Source of the DNA: an uncultured Acidimicrobiia bacterium
GTDB taxonomy: Bacteria > Actinomycetota > Acidimicrobiia > Acidimicrobiales > AC-14
Direction: 5' to 3'
Assembly: GCA_963836205.1 (NCBI GenBank)
Contig: CAWIIV010000008.1
Location: forward strand, 96,001-160,000
DNA length: 64,000 nucleotides
Shown here: one piece after another, positions 1 through 7,974 of the stretch
How the letters are laid out: each line of letters opens with the position of its first letter
Numbering within the stretch: position 1 is the first letter of the stretch
The notes under the pieces: generated by a model
Seen by the model: only the letters and a program-made list of their open reading frames with translations
Told to the model about the DNA's origin: nothing
The model's database searches: none
Position numbers and translations under genes: made by a program

Positions 1-1321
1 TGGTGGCCACGAAGTCGTCCCGCCCGACGAGGGGGTTGCCGCCGGCGGACAGGTCGACGTCGAGGGGGAGGAGCACCGGCAGCTCGGAGTCCGGCACCGG
101 TAGGGGACCACACCGGTCGCAGTGGACGACCGGCACCGGCGCCCCCCAGTACCGCTGGCGGGAGAACGGCCAGTCGCCCATCCGGTAGCGGACGACCGGC
201 TCGACCGCAGCGGTGACGGGCCTTTCGGGCGGGTCGAGCTCCGGACCGGAGGGGTCCCCCGCGCCTGCGCCGAAGGCGGCCAGGCCCACCTCCCCCGTCC
301 ACGGGCTCACCACCACGACCGGGAGCGGTGGGCCGCCGAGCGGGTGGGCCGCGCCCACACCCAAGGCCACGGTGGCGCGGTGGGCATAGGTGTCGCGGCG
401 GACCTCCCGGTCGAAGCCGCGGGGCTGCGTCCGTCCGAGCTCGGTGACCTGTTGGGCGACGTCGGCGGGCAGGGCGCCGGCATCGCGGAGGAGGCCGATC
501 AAGGGGTGGTCGGGCGCCACCTCCAGCCGGTCGGCGTCCGCCAGCAGCTCGGGGCGATCGGCGAAGACCTCGACCTCGACGTCGTAGCCTTCGATCCTCA
601 GCCGGGCCGTCAGCCCCTCGACCCGGCCGACGTAGCGGGCCTGGACGGCCTTCACCGCCTCCGGCCACCGGTCCAGCCCATCGAGCCCGGCGAGGACGGA
701 CTCCGCCCAGACGGTCTCCCGGACGAACCACTGGCTCAGGGGGCGGACCTCGAGGGTTCCCCCGCAGCGCCAGCAGCCGAGGTCGTCGGCGATCAGGCCG
801 TCCTCCACCGACGACTCGCACCCCGCGCACCAGCTCACGTCGCGCCGGGCCCGGTAGGCGAAGCCACCCTCCAGGAGCCTGGCGAACACCCATTGGACCC
901 AGCGGTAGAAGCGGGGGTCGCCGTAGTCGGTGATGCGGCGGGTGTCGTGGCTCAGGCCCAACCGGCGGAACTGGGCCGTCATGGTGACCACGGTGGCGTC
1001 GGCCAGGGCCTTGGGGCGGCAGCCGGCGTCGCGGGCGGCGATCTCGTTGGGGAGTCCGTGGGTGTCGAACCCGGTGGTGTAGAGGACCCGCGCCCCGAGT
1101 TGGCGGTGGAAGCGGGCGCTGGCGTCGGCGATGGCGTAGTTCCGGACGTGGCCGAGGTGGAGGGTGCCGTTGGCGAACGGCGGCAGCTCCATGACGTACC
1201 ACTTCGGGTCGCCGGGCTCGACGCTGGCCTCGAACACCTTGGCGTCGTCCCACCGCTGCTGCCAGCGGGCCTCGATCTCGCCGAAGGGGCAGACCCGCCG
1301 GTCGTTCTCGGGATTCGTCAT
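1..1321 (-). CDS. Leucyl-tRNA synthetase-like class I aaRS paralog (5' part; runs off the window start)
   Basis: Manual translation from ATG at 1321 (ATGA overlap with the upstream gene): MTNPENDRRVCPFGEIEARWQQRW...YVMELPPFANGTLHLGHVRNYAIAD (HIGH-type motif), GFDTHGLPNEIAA, Zn knuckles WCAGC/CWRCG, DWPFSRQRYWGAPVPVVHCDRCG. These are LeuRS hallmarks. Missing from the ORF track because it has no stop in the window. Confidence 0.9.
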   Translation of the reverse strand, partial: MTNPENDRRVCPFGEIEARWQQRWDDAKVFEASVEPGDPKWYVMELPPFANGTLHLGHVRNYAIADASARFHRQLGARVLYTTGFDTHGLPNEIAARDAGCRPKALADATVVTMTAQFRRLGLSHDTRRITDYGDPRFYRWVQWVFARLLEGGFAYRARRDVSWCAGCESSVEDGLIADDLGCWRCGGTLEVRPLSQWFVRETVWAESVLAGLDGLDRWPEAVKAVQARYVGRVEGLTARLRIEGYDVEVEVFADRPELLADADRLEVAPDHPLIGLLRDAGALPADVAQQVTELGRTQPRGFDREVRRDTYAHRATVALGVGAAHPLGGPPLPVVVVSPWTGEVGLAAFGAGAGDPSGPELDPPERPVTAAVEPVVRYRMGDWPFSRQRYWGAPVPVVHCDRCGPLPVPDSELPVLLPLDVDLSAGGNPLVGRDDFVAT

Positions 1322-2487
1322 GCCAGGCGGGCGAGAGCGGCCAGCAGGGCGACGATGTCGGACCGGTCGTTGTAGACCTGCACCGAGACCCGCAGCTTGG
1401 GCCGCCCCTGCCACTCGGTGACCGAGACCCGGATGCCGAACTGCTCGAAGAGCCGGCAGACGGTGGCCCGCGGCTCCAGATGAGCAGGCAGGGGGACGGC
1501 GAAGAACTGCGCGTTCCACTCGTCGGTGGCCGGGTTGTACGGCTCCAGCCCGGTCAGCTCGGACAGCGCCCGGTGGGCGTCCCGAGCCAGCGCCCGGCAC
1601 CGGACCAGCTCCTCCTCCCACCCGGGGGACCGGGCGTAGGCGATGGCGTCGGGAACGGCCAGGAAGGCGGAGATGTCCCGGGAGCCCTGCCACTCGTGCC
1701 GGTCGATGAAGGGCGACGGGTTGGGCTGCATGGGGGCGACGCCCCACGACGCGGCCAGGGGCTCCAGCTCGCCCTGGACCTCGCGCCGGGCGTAGAGGAA
1801 CCCCGAGCCCTTGGGCGCGTTGAGCCACTTGTGGGCCACGCTCACGTAGAAGTCGGCGCCCAGGGCCCGGAGGTCGAGGTCGAGCTGCCCGGGGGCGTGG
1901 GCGCCGTCGACCACGGTGCGGATGCCGAGGGCGCGGGCCCGGCGGCAGATCTCCTCCACCGGGAGGACGAGTGCGGTGGGCGAGGTGAGGTGGCTCACGA
2001 AGATGACTCGTGTGCGCTCGGTGACGGCGGCCCAGAACTCGTCCACGAAGGCGGCGTGGGTGGACACGGGCAGGGTCGTGGGCCCGACCTCGTACCGAAA
2101 CCCGGCCCGGGCGGCCCAGTGGCGCCACATCCGCTCCGCGCCGCCGTGCTCGTGGGCGGTGGCGAGCACCACGTCGTCGGGGCCGAGGCGGAGGCTGCGG
2201 GCGATGGTGTTCAGCCCGACGGTGACGTTGGTGACGAACACCAGGTCGTCGCGGTCGCTCCCGACCAGCTCCGCCAGGCGGGCGCGGGCCTCCTGGAGCC
2301 GGGGCTCGGCCTGGAAGCTGAGGAAGTCGACAGGATCCCGCTCCAGGAGGCGCTGCCACCGCTGGTAGCTCTCGAAGACGGGGCGGGGCGTGGCCCCGTA
2401 GGCGGCGTGGTTCAGGTGGACGATGTCGTCGTCGAGGAGGAAGTCGGCCGCGAACGGGGTGCGGTGCTTCTGGGGAAGGGTCCTCAC
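1318..2487 (-). CDS. Class V PLP-dependent aminotransferase-fold enzyme (isopenicillin N epimerase / C-S lyase-like)
   Basis: HLNHAAYGATP, VVDGAHAPGQ, SVAHKWLNAPKGSGFL (PLP lysine), LRVSVQVYN; GTG start at 2487 inferred. Confidence 0.88.
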   Translation of the reverse strand: MRTLPQKHRTPFAADFLLDDDIVHLNHAAYGATPRPVFESYQRWQRLLERDPVDFLSFQAEPRLQEARARLAELVGSDRDDLVFVTNVTVGLNTIARSLRLGPDDVVLATAHEHGGAERMWRHWAARAGFRYEVGPTTLPVSTHAAFVDEFWAAVTERTRVIFVSHLTSPTALVLPVEEICRRARALGIRTVVDGAHAPGQLDLDLRALGADFYVSVAHKWLNAPKGSGFLYARREVQGELEPLAASWGVAPMQPNPSPFIDRHEWQGSRDISAFLAVPDAIAYARSPGWEEELVRCRALARDAHRALSELTGLEPYNPATDEWNAQFFAVPLPAHLEPRATVCRLFEQFGIRVSVTEWQGRPKLRVSVQVYNDRSDIVALLAALARLA

Positions 2488-2564
2488 CGCCGGCCGTCCC
2501 CGGGCCTGCCGGCGGGTCCTGGTACCCCCCCAGACGGCTGGGAGGCCGGGGTTAGGGTGCGCCG

Positions 2565-4175
2565 GTGGACGCCCGGGGCATGATGTTCGACTTCGGCGAC
2601 GGGACCCCGCCGGGTGCCGGGTGTGCCCCGCTGGCCCTCGTCGGCGGCTCGCTGCTCGTCGACAGCGGGGAGGAGGACGCCACCTTCGCCTTCCGCTGCC
2701 AGGACCGCTACCTGGCCTATTCGTCCCTCGCCGGGCTGCGTTCGCTGCTCGTGGTCCTCGACGACGACCACGCCGCCACCTACGACGGGTGCATCGACGA
2801 CCTGCGCCGGCGGCTGGCCACCGTTGCCGACAGAACCGGCGTCCTCGGCAACGTGGTCGTCCCCCGACCGCTCTACGTGGGCTTCGATCCCGTGCGCGGC
2901 CATGTCTCGGCGCCGGCGCGGACGGCGGCGGCCCTCCGTGACCCGGACCAGGTGCGATCGCTGCGAGCCGGCATCCTCGCCAACCAGATCTCGCCCTCCA
3001 GCGCCTCCCTGCTCGCGGCGACGGCCGCCGTCTGCGCCGATGCCGGGGTGAGCGTCGGATGGGACCTCCGGCAAGCCCGGGACCAGGGAGCCCTGGGGAT
3101 TCGCCTCCACGACAAGGCAACCTACGTGCAACTGGTCGGCGATGGGCGCCGGGCCGTCGCCCCCCACGTCACCACCGTCGTTCTCGACTTCGAGGCGGTG
3201 GTGGGGGCCGGCAGCTGGTCCGAGCTGTGCGCGTTGGCCGGCCTGCCCGAGGGCACGGCGGCCGTGCACGTGAAGTCGAGCCTCGACTCGGGCGGGAACG
3301 TCGCCGCCGTCGTCTCACCGGCCACCATGCGGGAGACGCTGGCCGCGGTCGAGGCCGAATGGCGGGCCGGCTCCCTCGCCGACGGGCAAGTCCGGCGGCG
3401 GCGGGTGGAGGCGAACCGGCGCAAGCTCGACGCCTGCTGGACCCTCCCCCGCCCGCTCGACCGGGGGCTGGTGGAGGCGGCCGTCGACCGCCAGGCCGCG
3501 GTCCGCGCCAGCCATCCGGTGAGGCTCCTGGTGCAGCCGCGGGTCGACCCCCCGCCGGGAGCGACGGCGGCCAGCATCGGCTGCTCGTTCGTGGTCGGCA
3601 CGGACGGGTCGGTGGTTCCCGCCTGTGCCGCCCAGCAGGTGTTCGTCGACGTCGACCGGCGCAAGCACCTGGGCGCCCTGTTGTCCGACCGCTTCGAGGA
3701 GGCCTTCTTCGCTTCGCCCGACGCACCCGGGTTCGCCGCCCTGGCCGACACCGTGGCCGACCTCGGGTACCGGGGCCCGGTCAGCTTCGACGCCGTCCTC
3801 GACGGCGAGGGCCGGTACGTGGGGGTCTTCGACTGCAACCCCCGCCTCACCGCGGTGTTCCCCGCGGTCGCGGTGCGGGAGGCCCTGCTCGCGGCCGGGG
3901 CGCGGTGCGAGACGATCCTGAACCTCGACTACCGGGGCCTGTTCTCCTGGCCCGACCCAGATACCCGCCTGGCCGCCCTCGACGACGCCGGCCTCCTGTA
4001 CACGCGGAAGCGGCAGCGGGGCGTCCTCCCACTGCCGAATCTGGCCCGTCGAGACGGCTTCGACATCCATTTGGTGAACATGCCGTGGTCGGAGGTGGGA
4101 CCCCTCGTGAGGAGCGGCCTGCTCGGTGAGGCGGCCGACTTCGACAAGGGGGTCATCCGGGGCCTGTACGCCTGA
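2565..4175 (+). CDS. ATP-grasp-fold ligase-like protein
   Basis: LHDKATY, VHVKSSLDSGG, LLVQPRV, GPVSFDAV and FDCNPRLT match ATP-grasp motifs; start may be 2580 or 2583. Confidence 0.65.
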   Translation: MDARGMMFDFGDGTPPGAGCAPLALVGGSLLVDSGEEDATFAFRCQDRYLAYSSLAGLRSLLVVLDDDHAATYDGCIDDLRRRLATVADRTGVLGNVVVPRPLYVGFDPVRGHVSAPARTAAALRDPDQVRSLRAGILANQISPSSASLLAATAAVCADAGVSVGWDLRQARDQGALGIRLHDKATYVQLVGDGRRAVAPHVTTVVLDFEAVVGAGSWSELCALAGLPEGTAAVHVKSSLDSGGNVAAVVSPATMRETLAAVEAEWRAGSLADGQVRRRRVEANRRKLDACWTLPRPLDRGLVEAAVDRQAAVRASHPVRLLVQPRVDPPPGATAASIGCSFVVGTDGSVVPACAAQQVFVDVDRRKHLGALLSDRFEEAFFASPDAPGFAALADTVADLGYRGPVSFDAVLDGEGRYVGVFDCNPRLTAVFPAVAVREALLAAGARCETILNLDYRGLFSWPDPDTRLAALDDAGLLYTRKRQRGVLPLPNLARRDGFDIHLVNMPWSEVGPLVRSGLLGEAADFDKGVIRGLYA

Positions 4176-4214
4176 GCCCACCGGAGGAGGAGACGGTCGC
4201 GGGGGTGGCCGGGC

Positions 4215-4220
4215 TAGGAT
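4215..4220 (+). promoter_or_regulatory. Possible -10 box (TAGGAT) for the tRNA-like/peptide transcript
   Basis: TANNNT hexamer about 33 nt upstream of the tRNA-like 5' end; no clear -35 seen. Confidence 0.35.
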
Positions 4221-4252
4221 CGAGGCAGCCTCAGAGATGTCTGGGGCCGCGA

Positions 4253-4441
4253 GCACCCGTAGCTTAAGTTGGCAAGAAGGACCTGCGGCAAACCCTCCTG
4301 ATCCCCGGCGATGGACCGTTGGCTTTTCCAGGGCATCAACAATGGTCCGGCTGGCGGGAGCTACGGGGGGCGAACTCACACGGGCCTCAAAGCACCAGCA
4401 TTGGGAGCTGGGGGACGCGGGTTCGAACCCCGTCGGGTGCA
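4253..4441 (+). tRNA. Atypical tRNA with UGG anticodon and ~115-nt structured D-loop insertion
   Basis: Acceptor GCACCCG(4253-59)/CGGGTGC(4434-40) with discriminator A4441. T8A9; D-stem GCTT(4262-65)/AAGC(4390-93); GG at 4271-72. Anticodon stem CCAGC/GCTGG with loop ATTGGGA (TGG at 4402-04). Variable loop GGGAC. T-arm GCGGG-TTCGAAC-CCCGT. Insert ~4274-4388 folds as one long hairpin. No encoded CCA end. Confidence 0.85.
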
Positions 4442-4472
4442 CTCCTCGACCACAGGAGAGGAGGTGAACCAC

Positions 4473-4727
4473 TTGAAGAACGACGTCAGCTCTCTGGAAA
4501 CCGTCAGGGACCACCTCGTTGCCACCAGCAGGCCATTGGCAGAAGCCGCGGCCCCATTGGCGGGTAGCGCGGTCCCATTGGCACGGGAGCCACCGTCCGA
4601 CGTGACGAGATCCGTCGCCGTCCCACCGGTGCCAATGGCCGAAGCGGCCCACGCCGTGGCCGGCTTCGCCGCCCCAGTGGCGGTGGGGGCGGATCCAATC
4701 ACGCAAGCGATTCCAGCCGCGCGCTGA
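4473..4727 (+). CDS. Small 84-aa Ala/Val-rich protein with strongly CCA-biased Pro codons (putative recoding target or precursor)
   Basis: Strong SD (AGGAGAGGAGGTG, 4454-4466) before TTG 4473 (alternative GTG 4464); 9 CCA and 2 CCG codons; followed by repeats and a terminator-like hairpin. Confidence 0.75.
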   Translation: MKNDVSSLETVRDHLVATSRPLAEAAAPLAGSAVPLAREPPSDVTRSVAVPPVPMAEAAHAVAGFAAPVAVGADPITQAIPAAR

Positions 4728-4756
4728 TCCCTCGGCGCTCGACGTGGATTCCCGCC

Positions 4757-4830
4757 TGATGCCCTGGAACTGATGCCCTGGACTGATGCCCTGGAACATG
4801 TGATGCCCTGGACAATGTGAAGCCCTGGAA
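4757..4830 (+). repeat. Five direct repeats TGATGCCCTGGA(A) in the 3' UTR of the small ORF
   Basis: Copies at 4757-69, 4771-82, 4784-96, 4801-12 and 4818-30 (last is TGAAGCCCTGGAA); reverse complement of 4326-4338 inside the tRNA insert. Confidence 0.95.
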
Positions 4831-4833
4831 TGT

Positions 4834-4863
4834 CGACGGAGCCCCCGCTCGGGGGCTCCGTCG
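4834..4863. terminator. 13-bp perfect hairpin between convergent genes
   Basis: CGACGGAGCCCCC-GCTC-GGGGGCTCCGTCG. Confidence 0.8.
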
Positions 4864-4881
4864 CTCACCGCCTGCGGCCGG

Positions 4882-5895
4882 TCAGAGGGTGACGGCGTTG
4901 ATGGCGCTCGTCCACGGCTCCGCCTCCAGGTGGGTGAGGTCGGGGTCGGAGCCGAGGCGGCGGGCGGCGGCCACCACCAGCCGTTGGAAGGCGACGACGG
5001 CCACCAGCGGGCGGGCCAGCTCGGCCACCGACGACATCTGCAGCCCGCACGACGACCCGGTGCCGCAGTGGACGACGGTCGCCCCCACCCGACCGAGCAG
5101 CCCGGACAGGTCGTGGGTGCGGCCACCGCCGTCGCCCGCGGGCAGGATCAGGAAGGCCGAGGTCGACGGCGAGAACACCGCCGGTGTCCCGTGCAGGGCC
5201 AACTCGGTGTGCAGGCCCTCGGCCCACCGGTAGGTCCCCTCCTTGACCTTGAGGGCGGCCTCGTCGGCCGTGACCTCGTCCAAACCCCCGCCAATGATCG
5301 CCACCACCGCGCCGTCGCGGGTGGCCGCGTCTACCGCCGCGTCTGCCATCGGCAGGGCGAGCGTCCGCGCCATCGCCGCCGGCACCTCCCGGAGGGCGGC
5401 CGCCAGCTCGTCGGCCTCCTCGCCGAACGTGGCGCACACGAGCCGGCCCAGCACGGCCAGGGACGAGGTGTACGAGACGGTGTGGGTGCTGGCCTGCTCC
5501 TGGCGGCACGTCCGCAGGACGAGGTCGGCCGCCGGCTGGTGGGGCCCGACCCCGGTGACCGCCACCGTCGTGGCCCCTGCGTCCCGGGCGGCGGCGAGGA
5601 CGGCGTTCGGGAACCGCTTGGTGCCCCGGTGGCTGACCACGACCACCTGGTCGTCGGGACGCAGCGACTCCCACAGGGCCAGGTCGTGGGCGTCGATGGC
5701 GGCGGGACGGACCCGCCCCCGGGTCACCCTCCGGACCCAGATCGCCGCCGCTCGGCAGGCGTGCAGCGACGAGCCGATGCCGGTGAAGATGAGGGGCCGC
5801 CCGGGGTCGAGGCCGTCGATCGGACCGTCCCCCAGGACGGCGGCGATCGCCGCCGGCTGCTCGCCGATGTGCTCCTCGAAGGCCGACCCGGTCAC
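4882..5895 (-). CDS. SIS-domain protein (GlmS isomerase / FrlB-like)
   Basis: EHIGEQP, FTGIGSSLHA, VVVSHRGT, HTVSYTS, EAALKVKEG, ELALHGT; start inferred at GTG 5895. Confidence 0.85.
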   Translation of the reverse strand: MTGSAFEEHIGEQPAAIAAVLGDGPIDGLDPGRPLIFTGIGSSLHACRAAAIWVRRVTRGRVRPAAIDAHDLALWESLRPDDQVVVVSHRGTKRFPNAVLAAARDAGATTVAVTGVGPHQPAADLVLRTCRQEQASTHTVSYTSSLAVLGRLVCATFGEEADELAAALREVPAAMARTLALPMADAAVDAATRDGAVVAIIGGGLDEVTADEAALKVKEGTYRWAEGLHTELALHGTPAVFSPSTSAFLILPAGDGGGRTHDLSGLLGRVGATVVHCGTGSSCGLQMSSVAELARPLVAVVAFQRLVVAAARRLGSDPDLTHLEAEPWTSAINAVTL

Positions 5896-5911
5896 CGGGC
5901 CCGGCCCTGGT

Positions 5912-6946
5912 TCAGGAGGCCCCCTTGGCCAGGAAGCCATGGCCGGCGAAGGCGTCCCTCGTGGCCGGGTCGTCGAGCGCGCCGATCTCGGCGAAGTGGA
6001 GGACCGTCTGGGAGGCAGTGGCCGCCCACGACGGGCGCATGACGTCGTCGGCGTAGACCTCGGCCAGGACCTGCTCGGCGTCGTCGCGGCCGAGGCCGTA
6101 GCCGGCCAGCTCGAAGCGCAGGACCGTGACGTCGGGTCGGAGGAAGGCGTCGATCAGGTCCGGCACCAGGACGCCCATCTCGCGGCGAATGGCCGGCGTG
6201 AGGTTCATCCAGAGGATCCGGAGGAAGGCGGCGAAGTAGGCGTGGTGGCGGCCCTCGTCGTGGGCATGGTCGCGGACGATGTCGCGCACCGCCTCCGCGA
6301 CCGACGGGTCGTCGGGCATCGAGGCCAGGGTGGCGGTGATCAGGGTCTCGGAGCACACGACGAAGAGCAGCTCCACCAGCGGCTCGAGGCCCTGGCCCAC
6401 CTCGGCCTGGATCGCCCGCAACCGTTGGATGAAGTACGGCTGCCGCTCCAGCAGCGGCGTGATCCCGGAGAGGGCCCGGGCCTGGCGCAGGAGGTCGGCC
6501 GCGAAGAGGGCGTGGTAGGCCTCGTCGCAATAGATCTTGTGGGCGTCGAACGCCATCTCCTCCGGCACCTCGAACCCGACCTCGCCGTGGGCGATGCCGG
6601 CCACCGTCCGGTTGACCACCAGGTGCTCCAGCTTGGTGGTGAAGTCGAGGTAGCGGTAGAGGTGCTGGGTGAGCACCGCCTCGAAGGCGGCGGGGGGCAA
6701 CGCCCGGACCAGGGGATGCGTCGCCAGGGGCACCATCTCCGGCGAGAACAGCAGGTGGCGGGCACCGTCGGTGGCGAGCATCCGCCTGGGCGCCCGGCGG
6801 ACCGACGCCCTTTCGTGCCAACTGGCGAGGGGGCTGCGGTAGGCCGCCCCCGCCTCCGCCACGGCTGGCGCGGGTGCCCGCAGCGCGTCCAGCGGGCAGG
6901 TGGCGAACGCGGCGCAGCCCGAGAACAGACCTGCTATCCCGCACAT
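5912..6946 (-). CDS. AurF/CmlI-like diiron N-oxygenase
   Basis: W..RASVR..PRR, FSPEMVPL, YRYLDFTTKLEHLVVN, IYCDEAYH, SETLI, DHAHDEGRH (two DExxH ligands); ATG at 6946. Confidence 0.85.
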   Translation of the reverse strand: MCGIAGLFSGCAAFATCPLDALRAPAPAVAEAGAAYRSPLASWHERASVRRAPRRMLATDGARHLLFSPEMVPLATHPLVRALPPAAFEAVLTQHLYRYLDFTTKLEHLVVNRTVAGIAHGEVGFEVPEEMAFDAHKIYCDEAYHALFAADLLRQARALSGITPLLERQPYFIQRLRAIQAEVGQGLEPLVELLFVVCSETLITATLASMPDDPSVAEAVRDIVRDHAHDEGRHHAYFAAFLRILWMNLTPAIRREMGVLVPDLIDAFLRPDVTVLRFELAGYGLGRDDAEQVLAEVYADDVMRPSWAATASQTVLHFAEIGALDDPATRDAFAGHGFLAKGAS

Positions 6947-7917
6947 CGGTCGTCGGCCCCGTCCCCGTCCCCGTCCCCCGGTGCCGGACCCGCGACCCGC
7001 CGGCGGTAGACGCCGACGCCCTCCGAGGTCGGGTACACGCGGCGGCGGTCGTAGTGCTCCTCCAGGTGGGGCAGGAACTTGGAGAACTGGGCCCGGTTCG
7101 ACCCGATGCGGCGCTCGAAGTACCCGTTGTCGGTCACGTTCTCGAGGAGCATGTTGTGGGCCAGGAGGACACCGCCGGGGCGGACGGCCGGCGTCGCCGC
7201 CCGCATGATCGGGAAGTAGATGGCCTTGTCCCGCAGGTCGGGGTCGGGTCCGTCCTTCGGACCCTCGGCGTCGAGGACGCACAGGTCGACGTCGTGGAGG
7301 CGAGGCGCCACCTCGATGGCGTCGGCGACCACGAAGTCGGTGACGTCGGCCCATCCCATGGCCGCGAAGTTCCGTTCCGCGATGGCCATGACCGCCGGGT
7401 CGACGTCGACGAGGGTCACGGTCCCGCCGCCGGCCACGATGCCGGGCAGCGCCCAGAGGGCCCAGTAGCCGTAATAGGAACCGAGGAACGCGGTGCGTTG
7501 CGGGCGGAGGACGTGGGCCAGGGCGTACAGCAGCCGCGCCTCCTCGGGAAAGATGTAGGTGACCCGTCCGTCGTGGGCGGCGAGGGCGACGACTTGCTCG
7601 CGATAGTCGTCGAACTCGTGCTCGGGATAGGCGGCTGACGGGATGATCTCGGCGGCCACCAGATCGTCGAGGAGACCAGCGACGCACTGCCGATCGTCGA
7701 GCGGAAACCGGGTGGACAGGTTGCGCTGGTCCTCGTTCAGGATGCCGCCCACCAGGGCTTTTCCGTCGGCGGCCATCCACGCGCTGTAGTCGTCACGGGT
7801 GAGTTTCGCCGCCCGGAAATCCCGGTACTGGGGGATTTCGGCGAGGACCATTTCGATCAGGCCGAAGACGGGACCGCCCGCGGCGTACACATGTTCCGAC
7901 GACCGAAGTTTCTGCAA
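6934..7917 (-). CDS. Class I SAM-dependent (O-)methyltransferase-like protein
   Basis: TYIFPEEARLLY, FLGSYYGY, LVDVDP, LCVLDAEG, PGGVLLAHN; start uncertain. Confidence 0.75.
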   Translation of the reverse strand: MQKLRSSEHVYAAGGPVFGLIEMVLAEIPQYRDFRAAKLTRDDYSAWMAADGKALVGGILNEDQRNLSTRFPLDDRQCVAGLLDDLVAAEIIPSAAYPEHEFDDYREQVVALAAHDGRVTYIFPEEARLLYALAHVLRPQRTAFLGSYYGYWALWALPGIVAGGGTVTLVDVDPAVMAIAERNFAAMGWADVTDFVVADAIEVAPRLHDVDLCVLDAEGPKDGPDPDLRDKAIYFPIMRAATPAVRPGGVLLAHNMLLENVTDNGYFERRIGSNRAQFSKFLPHLEEHYDRRRVYPTSEGVGVYRRRVAGPAPGDGDGDGADDRCAG

Positions 7918-7974
7918 TCCGAGCCCCGCGCGCTCCAGAGATGAACTGTCCCGACGCCGAACGCTATCACCCCC

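Noticed and set aside
4274-4388. tRNA insert as a group I intron, an archaeal BHB intron or tmRNA
   Set aside because: It is too short for group I and lacks a recognisable core. I see no clean bulge-helix-bulge at the junctions. tmRNA lacks an anticodon arm and has a G3-U70 Ala acceptor, unlike this RNA.
4311-4472. 138-aa ORF starting at ATG 4311
   Set aside because: Its 5' part runs through the tRNA structure; the strong SD points to a start at 4464 or 4473.
4757-4830. TGATGCCCTGGA repeats as a CRISPR array or as MPW mini-ORFs (TGATG stop-start overlaps)
   Set aside because: Repeats are 12-13 bp with 1-5 nt spacers and no cas genes are present. The mini-ORF frames are inconsistent and lack an SD. 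Complementarity to the tRNA loop explains the conserved core better.
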